DNA of 64,000 nt, taken from assembly GCA_965240325.2 (NCBI GenBank), contig OZ251232.1, positions 1,612,001-1,676,000 on the forward strand, written 5' to 3'. Positions 43,699 to 54,106 of this stretch are shown here, one piece after another. The position numbers and the translations under genes are program-made. The notes under the pieces are model-generated. The model was not told where the DNA came from. It saw only the letters and a program-made list of their open reading frames with translations, and searched no databases. Position 1 is the stretch's first letter. The number at the start of each line of letters is the position of its first letter. Source of the DNA: Rebecca billardiae RCC1528. Taxonomy: Eukaryota > Protista > Haptophyta.

Positions 43699-45813
43699 TC
43701 ACTCCATCTCAGCAGTGCTGATCCCAGCAGATGCCGCTGAGTAGCCTGCGGCTGCTGGCGCCGGCGGATGAGCACCGCCGTTATTCCGGCCGTTACTCAA
43801 TCCGTTAGCAGCCCGGCCGCTGCCCGGCGTCCGCTTGGCCGGGCTCGGCCAAATCTCCCCATCGACGTCGTCGTCGTCGTCATCGTCGTGACGCGTGCGC
43901 GGGCTGTGCGCTGCGCTGCCAGTGTCGACGCACGCGGCAAGGCCTCGGAGTGCCCTGGCAAGCACACGGCGCGGCGCGTCCGTACACGAGCGCCACGCCG
44001 CGCCGGCCGCGCCCACCGCACCGGGCGCCGCCGCGCCGCGCGAGCCGTCGGCGCCCTCGTCCTCAGCGTCCTCTTCGCCCTGCTCGACGTTCGAGAGCCG
44101 CCGGATCGGCCCCGAAAGCCTGCGCACCAGGCCGCGCGCCCCGCCGCCCCCGCCGCCGTTGATCAGCAGCGGCGCGGAGGGCGAGCCGGCCGTCCCCTCG
44201 TCTGCAAAATGCACGATGGACTGCTTGCGCCGGGCGGGCGTGCCCGCCGCGCCGACCCCGCCGACCCGTCCGTCCGGCGGGGGCGTCGGCGCGGCCGGGT
44301 TGGGCGGCGGCGGCGTCGGCGGCGCCGCGCGCGGCGCCGCCGTCTGCCCCGGCCCCGCTGTCGTCGAGCGCCCGTCCTCCCAGTCCCGCCACGGCGCGCC
44401 GCGCAGCATCGCCTCCACCTCCTCCAGGATTTCGTCATCAGCATACCGCCCGCCGTTGGGCGCCCGCAGCCCGTCCCAGAACGCGAGCCACTCGTGCAGC
44501 GAGATGGCGTGGCTCGCGTCGTCGTCGACCTCGGAGAACATCGCCAGCGCCGACAGCGTGCCGAACCTGCCCAGCGGCCCGGACTGCCAGTGCGTCTCCG
44601 CCTCTTGCAGGTCAACCTCGCCGTTGCCGTTCCGGTCGAGGCTCTCAAAAAGTGCCGTGACGCGCGCGGCGAAGGCGGGCGGCATGGGCACGCGCGGCGG
44701 CGGCGACGCGTCGGTGCTCGAGGTGCTCGGCCTCGCGCCCGCATCCGCGAAGCTCAGCCGCGCGCTCGGCCGCCTCGAGCCGTTCTGCGACGACGACGAC
44801 GCGGACGATGCGCGCCTGTTGTGCGCGTGCGCGTGCGCGCCGGCGCCACTCGCGCACATGGGCGCGGGCGCGGGCAGCTCGGACGAGCGCGGCGCGGGCG
44901 GCGTGGACGACAGCGTGATCGCAGCCGGCGCCTCCCTCGCCGCCGCGCGCGCCTCCGCCATCGCCTCCGCCGCGCTCCCACTCGCGCCCGCGCCGAGGGC
45001 GGCGCTGCGCCCAGCGCTCGGCCGCCGCTCAAGGGAGGCGCCTGTGACTTCGGCGAGCTCGGCGGCGCGTGCCGCGGCGGCCTTGGCCTCCTCGGCCTCG
45101 AAGTGCGCGACCGCGGCCGCGCGCGCGGCGCGCGTCGCGCCCACCTGCGACCGGCGTGCCTCCTCCTGCGCCTCCTCCACCGCCTTGAGCTTCGCGCTCG
45201 CGCGGGGCGACGCCGACCAGAAGGAGAGTGATCGCGCGGAGCCGCCGCGCGAAAACGCGCGCGGCGGCCTCGCGAGCAGCTCGGCGGCGGTCATCGAGTT
45301 GGCTCGCGAGGCGCGCTGTGCGCTCGGGTCGAGTGTGGCGCCCACGTGCCCCGCGAATGCCGAGCTCCTCGACGCAGACGCCGGGTCGGACGACGGCGTC
45401 GCGGGCGGCGGCGGCGCAGCCACGCCGCTCATCAGGTCTGTCGTCGACGACGCGCGCGCGCCCATGGACAGGATGGCCTGGCTCATGCGCTCGTCGCGCT
45501 CGAGGCTGCGTCGCCTCGCCTCTGAATCGGTGCCCGCCTCCGCCGCGGCTGCGCGGGAGGGCCCGACCCCGCCGAGCCTCCCGTCCGGCGGCCTGTCCGC
45601 AGCTGCAGAAGCTCGCGCGCCGCCGGCTGCGGCGCCAGGGCCGCTCGGGGCTGCCGAGGCGGGCCGTGAGCGCGGTGCGGAACGTACTGGTGTGCTGGTC
45701 ACGGTACTTGCGGACGAGCTGCTCTCGAAGAGCGCGCGCGCCGCTTTCACACCGCCCGCGACGATCATGTCGCGCGGCGATGGCCGCGGCATCGTGTCGA
45801 CACGGCTGCTCAT
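43699..45813 (-). CDS. EF-hand calcium-binding protein with long disordered flanks
   Basis: Paired EF loops DRNGNGEVDLQE and DDDASHAISLHE in a 704-aa ORF. Confidence 0.8.
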   Translation of the reverse strand: MSSRVDTMPRPSPRDMIVAGGVKAARALFESSSSASTVTSTPVRSAPRSRPASAAPSGPGAAAGGARASAAADRPPDGRLGGVGPSRAAAAEAGTDSEARRRSLERDERMSQAILSMGARASSTTDLMSGVAAPPPPATPSSDPASASRSSAFAGHVGATLDPSAQRASRANSMTAAELLARPPRAFSRGGSARSLSFWSASPRASAKLKAVEEAQEEARRSQVGATRAARAAAVAHFEAEEAKAAAARAAELAEVTGASLERRPSAGRSAALGAGASGSAAEAMAEARAAAREAPAAITLSSTPPAPRSSELPAPAPMCASGAGAHAHAHNRRASSASSSSQNGSRRPSARLSFADAGARPSTSSTDASPPPRVPMPPAFAARVTALFESLDRNGNGEVDLQEAETHWQSGPLGRFGTLSALAMFSEVDDDASHAISLHEWLAFWDGLRAPNGGRYADDEILEEVEAMLRGAPWRDWEDGRSTTAGPGQTAAPRAAPPTPPPPNPAAPTPPPDGRVGGVGAAGTPARRKQSIVHFADEGTAGSPSAPLLINGGGGGGARGLVRRLSGPIRRLSNVEQGEEDAEDEGADGSRGAAAPGAVGAAGAAWRSCTDAPRRVLARALRGLAACVDTGSAAHSPRTRHDDDDDDDVDGEIWPSPAKRTPGSGRAANGLSNGRNNGGAHPPAPAAAGYSAASAGISTAEME

Positions 45814-46009
45814 GCTGGCCTCATTTTTGGGATGATGTATGCGATCAGCTATCCGCCCAAAGTGGCCAAAAGAGACTACGCGATCTCCATGGTCGTTACA
45901 CCGGTTCGCGACCGTGCTTTGGCGCTTCGCTGCTGAAACTACAGTCGTGCTGGTGGGGGGTAGAACGCGGGCTGCCAGGGCCGTTCTCGTCGCTGGCTCG
46001 CGCGCGCGT

Positions 46010-48612
46010 CTAGCCCGTGTGGGTGAAGCTGAACAGCCGCATCTGCGCGAGCAGCTGGAGCAGCAGCTTCTGGTAGTGCGCCGACGACTGCGTCAGCGCC
46101 TGCAGCGAGTCCGGGTGCGTCTCCTTCAGGCAGTTGAGCGGCGTGCCGTGCGCCACCTCGCCGCGCGCAAGCTCCTCCTTGCCGTGAACGTCGAGCGCCA
46201 TCGCCGCGTCCGACTCCCCCGACTGCATGATCGCCGCGTAGCGGTGCGCGTAGAGCAGCGTGCTCCAGCCGTAGTCGTTGTACCCCGCGAAGTGGTCGAC
46301 GGCCTTGGGCTCCGCGCTGGGCAGCAGGTCGTCGTCCGCCTCCTGCGCAGCGCGGCGCCGCGCGGCAGCGCGTGTCATGCGCCGCGGCTGGGCGCGCAGG
46401 GCGTGCATGCGCACGGCTGGCGCGGCGCCGCGCGCGGCCGCGCGGCTGCGCGCGCGCACCTGCGGCATCTGCGCGGTGACGCGGACGCACGCCTTGTCCG
46501 TGTCCCGCGAGGCGTTCCACTTGGACGAGGCGAGGCGCAGCGCGGGCGCGAGCAGCACGAGGTGGCTGAGCAACTCCTCCTCGAAGCTCGACTCCTTGGG
46601 CTCCAGCGCCGGGATTGGACGTGCGTCCTGGTCGGCTGGCGAGAGGTTGATTCCCGCCTGACGCAGCCGGAGCAGCAGCAGCGCGGGCTGCATGCGCACG
46701 CCGAGCAGCGCGGAGAGCTGCGGCAGCGAGGGCTCCTGCAGCCGGCAGCCGTCCGCGTTCGTGTCGATCACCACCAGGTTGGACTGCGTCTGCACCGCAA
46801 GTACCTGGACAGGCAGCAGCGTCGGCGGCGTCGGCGGCGGAGGTGGCGGCGGCGCAGGTGTTCAGCTATTGTGGCACGGGCAGCGGCGGACGGCGCGCGG
46901 GCGCGGCGGCGGGCGCGCGCGCGCACCGAGTGCGACGGGCTCAGCGGCGTGAGCAGCCACCTGCGGTACGGCAGCTCGGCGTGCGACGGGCGCAGCACGG
47001 CGAGGGGCGCCAGGTGCGTCGTCAGGAAGGACAGCGTGCGAGTGGCCGCGCTGAACTTCACCTCCGACACCCCGTCGAGCGACCACTCGCGCGCGTCGGC
47101 GTCCCACCAGCCGACGGTGAGGTCCTCGAGCTCGGCGGGCGCGGGCGCCGCCGCGCCCTCCTCCGGCTTGCCGCCCTCCGCGCCGCCCGCCGGCGCGGTG
47201 GGCGCGGCCGCCGCGTGCGCGGGCGGCGGCTGCTGCAGCACGCAATCGTCGCCCAGGTTCAGCGTCACACGCATCGGTAGCACTCCAGACTGCGTGCCCG
47301 TGTCGCCGCCGACGGTGGGGATGGGGTACGCGAGGCGCTGCACCGACGCGCCGCTCGTCCCCACCTGGCGCAGCGTCCACCCCTTCACCTTCTTCGGGAT
47401 CGGCGGCAGTGCCAGCAGCTCGATGATCGTCACGCCGCCGAGTGGGATCCATTGCGAAGGGGCGGCGAACGAGGGTGAGCAGTGCGCGTGCTTGAACTGG
47501 TGAACGGTGATCGCGACCGCGGCGAGCGCGAGGGTCTTGGGCAGCTCGAGGGAGACCGAGATCTCGGGGAGCTCCACGTTCTTCACGCGCACGTTCCGCG
47601 CGAGGTTCACCCACAGCCCGTACCGCAGGTACCCGCCCTCGTGAGCACGCTGTAGCTCGTTGCGCGTGGTGGCCAGCTCGTCCGCGTGCATGAGGATGTG
47701 CCCGGTCGCCTCGTCCAGCTTCTCGATGGTCATGCTGGCGAGCTGCGCGAGCGCGCCGGGCTGCCACATCTCCTCCGCCTCGCCCCGCGCCGCGCCGCCC
47801 GGCTCCTCCGCCCCCGCCGCGGGCTGCTGCGCGGGCGCGCGCGGCAGCAGCCGCAGTCGCTCGTGCCGTGCCAACTGCCACGACTCCTCGAGAAGGCTGA
47901 GCACGACGCCCGTGCGCTCCACCTCCGCGAGACCGTGCGCGAGGTCGGTGGCCTGCGTCTCGGACCACTCGGTGATGTACGTGTTCACCTGCGCCTCCGA
48001 CTGCACGTCCGGCAGCGAGTCGCACGCGACGTACTTGCCCCACTGCGCGGCGCGCGCGCGCGCACGCGGCCGCACCTCAGCACGCCGCGAGCGCGCGCGC
48101 GCGTGCGGGGCGCGTGCGCGCGGACGGACCTCCTCGGCGTAGCCGCGCTTCGCCGCCTCCGTCTCGAGCTTCTCGGCGAGCTGGTCGTACAGCGGCGCGT
48201 TCTCCTTGTCTTCGATCACGCGCCTCTCCTCCAGCTCCGCCGCCTTCTGCGCGGCAATCTCGGCTGCGATGCGCGCCTCCTCCTCGCGCTGCAGCCGCTC
48301 CTTCTCGAGCCGCTCGGCCTCGGCGAGATCAGCGAGGCGCTGCTCCTCCGCGAGCCGCTCTGCGCGCGCGGGGCCGCGAGCAGAGCACGTCAGCTCGCGG
48401 CGCTCCTGCCGTGCGCGCGTGCATGCTGTGCGCGGCTCGGCCGCGCACGCGCGCGCACCCTGCTCCGCTCGCTTGAGCGCCTCCTTCTCCTTCTTGCTCA
48501 GCTTCTTCTTCTTCTCTTTCGGCGGCTGCGTGGCGGCGCACGGGCGCGGGGGCGGCGCCACAACGTGAGGCAGCGCTCGCACAGGAGCGGGCGCAGCACG
48601 GGCGCCCACCAT
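46010..48612 (-). CDS. DNAI7: Axonemal dynein intermediate chain IC97/CASC1 (DNAI7/CFAP94), multi-exon
   Basis: M|PPKEKKKKLSKKEK, E/R-rich coiled coil, WGKYVACDSLPD...VNTYITEW, YGLWVNL, VGWWD...W and ELPYRRWLL. The first coding exon is ATG alone (intron 48609-48526); further introns include 46926-46805 and 46459-46343. Confidence 0.8.
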
Positions 48613-48820
48613 CGTTGTAACCGCGGCAGCTTTTTGCTGGACCTTTTTTTGAATCCGCGCAATAAAAGAAATAAATCTCGAGCAGATTTTTCCGCGGAAT
48701 AAACGGCAGGCAGCAGGCGGCCACCAAGCATCAGGCGCACTGCGCAGCAGAAGGCTGCGCGCGCTGACGACGCGCGCGGCGTGGCGCGCACAGATCCGTA
48801 CTGCACGCGCGTGCGCCCGG

Positions 48821-51490
48821 CTACGACCGCTCAGTGTCGGACTCGTCGTTGTCGCCGTCGATGCTGAGGCAGTCGTAGTCGCTCGAACGCCGCTCGCGCC
48901 AGTCGGCCGCCCCGCCGCCCGCGCCGTCTGCGCCGCCGCCACGCCCCCCGCCGCCGCGTTGCGAGGCAAAGCGCGCCGCACCGGTCGCCGCCGCCGCGCC
49001 CGCCGCTGCCGCCGAGGCCATCCGCAGCCCGAGCGGGGCGGTGAGTGCGTCGGTGAGCACTTGCTGCAGCGACGCGCCCGCGCTCAGCATGGCTCCCGCC
49101 ACACCATCCACACTCCCGCCGTCACCGCCGCCGCCGCCGCTCGCACCGGGGCCGGTGCCACCGAAGCCCTCCGCGACCACCAGGCCTGAGACCGGCGACC
49201 AGCCGAGGGCCGCCGCGGCCGAGAGCCTGGCGCTCCCGCCGGGGGAGGAGGAGGCCGTCGAGCCCGGCCCGGCGCGCGTGGAGCCCGCGCGCTCGCTCTC
49301 CCTGTGCCCATCCGCGAGCGACCATGCATCATCCCCGCCCTCGGCCAACCCCTCGCCCGGCGCGCGCGGCGCGAGGCACATGACGCGGCCGGTTCGAACC
49401 GCGACGACCAGCTGCGGCCGCGCGGGTGGCGCGCCGCTCCCGCCGTCGTCGGCTGCGCGCTCGGCGTGCGCCGCGCCGCCCGGCCCGTGCCGCGAGCGCC
49501 GCCTCGCCCGCCGGCGCGCCGCGCGCACGCACAGCGACAACGGAGGCAGCTCCAGTAGTCCTTCGACGAGTGGCAGAGCGCGTAGGCACACGCTCGCCTC
49601 CGAGCGAGGCGGGACGAGCCCGGCGCTGCAGCTGCCGTCGAGCCAGAGCAGCCGCGCCTCGCGCCCGATGAGCACGTCCGCCGACGCCTCGGCCTCCACG
49701 TCCGCGAGCCCCGCCACGTCCGCCGCCGGCTCGGCCGCCGCGGCCGCGTCCGCCGCGTCCGCGGCGCGCACGCGCATGTGCACCGGTGCGGCCGAGCGGT
49801 TACAAAGAGTAACGGTCACGTCGAACACAGCGCCGCATAGCACGTCCGCCGCGTGCGTGAGCTCGGCGGAGTAGAGCCACGGCGCCGCGGGCTCCTCGGC
49901 CGCGCGCGGCGGCGCCTCCGCGCCCGCAGCCGCCGTGCCGGAGAGTCCCACTGCCGCAGCGGAGGCCGCGGGCGCGGCCGCGGGCGGCGCCGCCGTGGCG
50001 AGGGGCGCGCGCGCGCCGCCGACGTCGGCCGGAGCGGGGAGCGCCGGCGACGAGTGCGACGCGCGCGAGTCCGCGGCACACGCCGACGCGGCCTTGCGCG
50101 CGGGCCGCGCCGGCTGCGACGCCGGCAGGAGCGCCGCCGAGGGCGCGGGCTGCGCCAAGGCTGACACATCGACTGGCAAGCAAGCGCTCACCCAGCCGCC
50201 GCCGCGCGCGTGCGGGTGCACCCAGCGCACGCGCACGGCGAGGCACGCTGAGCGCGCGCGCACGACGTGCGCGCCGCGCGCGTCGTCGTCCTCCGCACTG
50301 CCGCGGCCGTCCGGTGCGTCCTCTTCCGCGCCGCTCCCGCCGGCGCCGTCCTCGGGGCCGTTCCTCCCGCGATTGGCTGCGGCCGCGGCCGCGGCCGCGG
50401 CCGCGGCCATGCACGCGGCCTCGGGCGCGAACAGCGGCACCGAGACGGCGGGCGGCGTGCCGGCGAAGCGCCGGCCGAGCGCGGGCGGCAGCACGCACGG
50501 CAGCGCGCGCGACGTCTCGTGCGGCGCCAGCGCCAGCGGCGCACACCCCGGGCTGAGGAGGTATGCACGCACTGACTCGACGCTTGCGGGCGGCGCGAGC
50601 GGCGCGCGCGCCGCGGGGGCGGGCGGGCTGCTCGCGGGCGCCGCCGCGGCGGGCTCGGTGCCGAGGGGGCGGCCCTCCTTCCGGCCGCCCAGCGGCGTCA
50701 TCGAGCCCATCACCGCCTGCCGCTGCCCGAGCGATGGCGTCTCTGGCGGCGTGGGCGGCGCGGCGGACACGATGGCGCCCGCGCGCGTGGCCGCGGCGGG
50801 CGGCGGCGACGGCGGCGTGTGCCCACCGTCCGGCGAGTGCGCGTGGCCGCCCTCGCTCGCGCCGCACCCCGGCTGCGCCTCGCCCTCCGCCTCGCGCCCT
50901 GCCGCCCGCTCGTGCGCGCTGAGAGCCAGGGCCAGCCTTAGGCTTCCGGCGAGCACGCACAGAGCGCGCACGCGCGCGCGCACCGGCTCGAGCACGCGCA
51001 CGCGCGCGGCGCACAGGCGCGTGCTGGGCAGCGGTGGCATGCCGAGCTCGAAGGCCAGCGCGGACGCCTCCGCCTCGCCGCCGCCGCCGCCGCTGATCGC
51101 GCCATCCGCCACGAGGGCGAGCTCGAGCTCTGAGCCGAGCGCCAAGGCGCGCACGCGGACGGACGCGCAGAGCACGCCGACGCGACGGCCGCCGTCGTCC
51201 GAGCCGAGCGTCCACTCGCTCTCCACGTCGTCGGCGCCGACGAACGCCTCGTCGCCCTCCTCGTCATCGTCGACCAGCTCGCGCGCGCGCGCGTCGCGCA
51301 GCTCGCACCACACGCGCCGCCGCGCGAGCGCCGACCGCCAGCAGGAGGCGGCGCGCGCGTCATCGCAGGCGCAGACGAGGCGCACGCGCTCGCCCTGGAA
51401 GAGCAGGGAGCGCGACGACGCGCCCTCCGCCTCGCCGTCGCCCTCGTCGACGGCGAACGGCACATGCAGCCGCGGCTGCATGCTCGCCAT
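48821..51490 (-). CDS. Hypothetical protein with TRAPP-II Trs65/TRAPPC14-like Ig-fold C-terminal segment
   Basis: 889-aa ORF. FDVTVTLCNRS...GLVPPRSEASVCLRALPLVEGLLELPPLSL resembles the TRAPP-II subunit beta-sandwich pattern. Confidence 0.5.
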   Translation of the reverse strand: MASMQPRLHVPFAVDEGDGEAEGASSRSLLFQGERVRLVCACDDARAASCWRSALARRRVWCELRDARARELVDDDEEGDEAFVGADDVESEWTLGSDDGGRRVGVLCASVRVRALALGSELELALVADGAISGGGGGEAEASALAFELGMPPLPSTRLCAARVRVLEPVRARVRALCVLAGSLRLALALSAHERAAGREAEGEAQPGCGASEGGHAHSPDGGHTPPSPPPAAATRAGAIVSAAPPTPPETPSLGQRQAVMGSMTPLGGRKEGRPLGTEPAAAAPASSPPAPAARAPLAPPASVESVRAYLLSPGCAPLALAPHETSRALPCVLPPALGRRFAGTPPAVSVPLFAPEAACMAAAAAAAAAAANRGRNGPEDGAGGSGAEEDAPDGRGSAEDDDARGAHVVRARSACLAVRVRWVHPHARGGGWVSACLPVDVSALAQPAPSAALLPASQPARPARKAASACAADSRASHSSPALPAPADVGGARAPLATAAPPAAAPAASAAAVGLSGTAAAGAEAPPRAAEEPAAPWLYSAELTHAADVLCGAVFDVTVTLCNRSAAPVHMRVRAADAADAAAAAEPAADVAGLADVEAEASADVLIGREARLLWLDGSCSAGLVPPRSEASVCLRALPLVEGLLELPPLSLCVRAARRRARRRSRHGPGGAAHAERAADDGGSGAPPARPQLVVAVRTGRVMCLAPRAPGEGLAEGGDDAWSLADGHRESERAGSTRAGPGSTASSSPGGSARLSAAAALGWSPVSGLVVAEGFGGTGPGASGGGGGDGGSVDGVAGAMLSAGASLQQVLTDALTAPLGLRMASAAAAGAAAATGAARFASQRGGGGRGGGADGAGGGAADWRERRSSDYDCLSIDGDNDESDTERS

Positions 51491-51515
51491 CGCTGCCAGG
51501 CGGCGTCCGGCAGCG

Positions 51516-51646
51516 CTAAATCAGCCCGGGCCGATTTAAGCTTATCTCAGCCCGGGCCGATTTAAGCGCTTAAATCGGCCCGGGCTGAGATAAGCTCCGC
51601 GCGAGCTTATCTCAGCCCGGGCTGAGATAAGCGCTTATCTCAGCCC
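51516..51646. repeat. Array of ~4.5 24-bp palindromic units (TTATCTCAGCCCGGGCTGAGATAA / TTAAATCRGCCCGGGCYGATTTAA) in left TIR
   Basis: Seen directly; mirrored at 53848-53977. Confidence 0.92.
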
Positions 51647-52289
51647 AGCGGCTCGCGACTCGGCCGCCGTGGACTCGGAGCGCACGTCGCGCGGTGCGGC
51701 CCGCCCGCTCCATGGCTGCACGCGCTGCTGTGTCTTCGGTGGCCACAGGGTGAAGTGCGCTGAGTCTAGTGGCGGGCGCCCAGCTCCACCCACCCCCTTC
51801 TCCCTGGCCCGCCCCGCCTGCCCTCGCCCGCATCGGATGCCTTCCTCGCGCATGCAACTCCACGGCGGCAACTCGGCTTGTGGACTTGCTGCCCGCATGA
51901 GAAGCATGCAGCCAACACCATGGACGCACCATCGACGTTCGCCAGTTGACCATGTCCGCGCGTAGTCGCACGCGGGTGAACACGGCCCGTGCGCTACAGT
52001 CGGTTGTGTGCTGTTGCCATTGCACGTTGTTCAAAATGTGCTGAACGTTGCCACCGCGGCCGCCGCGCGCGGGCGTACCGGTGCCAGCGGCACAGGCATG
52101 GGCACCGGCGCAGCTCCATGGACGATCATGGCGCTGCGGCTAGTGGGCGCGCCGACGCCGGCACGCCCGCAGCTGTCGGCGCGCACGGCGAGCACGCCAA
52201 GCTCGCAGCGCGTGCCGCGGCTCAGGGGCTGGTGCGCACGGACAGCAAGCTAAGGTTGCGGTGTGCGCCGCGGTCCGCACGCACGCAGC

Positions 52290-53110
52290 GGCCGCCGCAT
52301 GCGCCACGCGCGCGGTGGCCGCCGCGCGCGCCGCGGTTGCCGCGCGCGCCGTGGCTGCCGCGCGCGCCGCGGCGGACCAGCGCGCCGCGGCCGTGCGCGA
52401 CGACCGAAGGCTAGTCTGTGGCGGATAGCGAGCGAGCGCGCCGCCGCGGCCAGTGAGCGCGCAGCGGCCGGCGAGCACGCTCAGCCTCATCGCGCAACTG
52501 TCACGTGTTGGCGCCAGGCTTGATGGGCACCTGCGGCGTTGGACCAATGGGCATCTGTGGCCCGTGCGGTGCGCGCTCGCCGGTTGCGGTGGCGCGCTCG
52601 CCAATACCTACGCATGCTGGCGCGGCCTGCTCACCGGTTGCGGTGGCGCAAGCCCCGGCTGCACCATCCATCCGCGCCGGTTGCGGCGCGCTCACTAGCC
52701 GCAGCGGCAAGCTCGCTATCCGCCACAGACTCGCCTTCGGTCGCCGTGCGCGGGGCGGTCGCGGCGCGTTGGTCGGCCTCGGCGCGCTCGCCGGCCGCGG
52801 CGCGCGCGGCAGCCGCGGCGCGCGCAGCAGCCACGGCGCGCTCGCCGGCCGGGCGCGACGGCCGAGTTACGCTGTCTGCCGCCGTGGCGCGCTTACCGGC
52901 CGCAGCGCGCGTGGCAGCCGCGGCGCAATCGCCAGCCGCGCGGCGCGCGGCAGCCGCGGCGCGCTCACCGGCCGGGCGCGCGCAGCGGCCGCGGCGCACT
53001 CGCCGGCCGCGGCGCGCTCGCCGGCCGGGCGCGCTCAGCAGCCGCGGCGCGCTCGCCGGCCGCGGCGCGCTCGCCGGCTGCGGCGCGCAAGACGGCTGCG
53101 GCGCGCGCGG
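52290..53110. repeat. Degenerate 18-21-bp GC-rich minisatellite inside the element (GCGCGCTCGCCGGCCGCG-like)
   Basis: Repeated units at 52310-52390 and 52570-53110. Confidence 0.7.
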
Positions 53111-54106
53111 CGGCCGTTGTGTGCACGCGGACCACGGTGCGCGCGGCGACCTTGGCGTGCTCGCCAAGCGCGCCGAAAGCTGCGAGCGCGACGGCGCCGG
53201 TGAGCCCACCAGCTGCGGCGCCACGACCGTCGACAGTGTATTACTCTGCCGAAGCGCCTGCCACGCTTGAGACGCAGCGAGCCGCACACCACAGCTGTCA
53301 GCTGATGGTCCAAGCTCGGTCATGAACCGGCAGCCGCCGCGCAGAGTAGTGCGCCGCGCGAAGGGACCGTTTCGATCTGACGGGATCGCGATGACTGGCT
53401 GATCCAGCGTCGAGCGTGACCGGCAAGTATGCCAAGCTGGGCAAGCACATGCCGCAACGCGCGAACGGTACAAGGGCAACGCGGTACAAGGGCGACGGCA
53501 CACGGCAGACAGGTGCACGTGGGCCGTGGCCACATGCGTGCGATTACACATGACACACATGTACAGTACACGACGTACAAGTACCCGCGACCGTCGATGG
53601 TGGAATCGATGGTGGAACAATGGCGTTGGCTGAGGCCGTTGCATGCGCGAGGAAGGCATCCGATGCGGGCGAGGGCAGGCGGGGCGGGCCAGGGAGAAGG
53701 GGGTGGGTGGAGCTGGGCCCGCCACTATACTCAGCGCACTTCACCCTGTGGCCACCGAAGACACAGCAGCGCGTGCAGCCATGGAGCGGGCGGGCCGCAC
53801 CGCGCGACGTGCGCTCCGAGTCCACGGCGGCCGAGTCGCGAGCCGCTGGGCTGAGATAAGCGCTTATCTCAGCCCGGGCTGAGATAAGCTCGCGCGGAGC
53901 TTATCTCAGCCCGGGCTGATTTAAGGGCTTAAATCAGCCCGGGCTGAGATAAGCTTAAATCAGCCCGGGCTGATTTAGCGCTGCCGGGCGGCGTCCGAGG
54001 GCGGCGTCGGCCGGTCGCCGGGGGCCCCGCCGACTGACGACAAGCGCGGCGGACACGGCCGCGTCGGCGCGCGCCACGGCCGGAGCGAGCGCGGCCGCAT
54101 GGCGGC

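Larger units (their letters stand above)
51508..53986. mobile_element. Non-autonomous foldback/Mutator-like element: ~350-bp TIRs, 9-bp TSD
   Basis: 51508-51858 is a near-perfect inverted copy of 53638-53986. GGCGGCGTC is duplicated at 51499-51507 and 53987-53995 (a 7-bp TSD reading is also possible). No transposase ORF inside. Confidence 0.9.

Noticed and set aside
51516-51646. Palindromic repeats as a CRISPR array or recombinase dif/lox sites
   Set aside because: There are no unique spacers and no cas or recombinase gene; the array is mirrored as part of a transposon TIR in eukaryotic DNA.
51860-53637. ORFs inside the foldback element as a transposase
   Set aside because: They are translations of GC minisatellites with no DDE or zinc-finger motifs.
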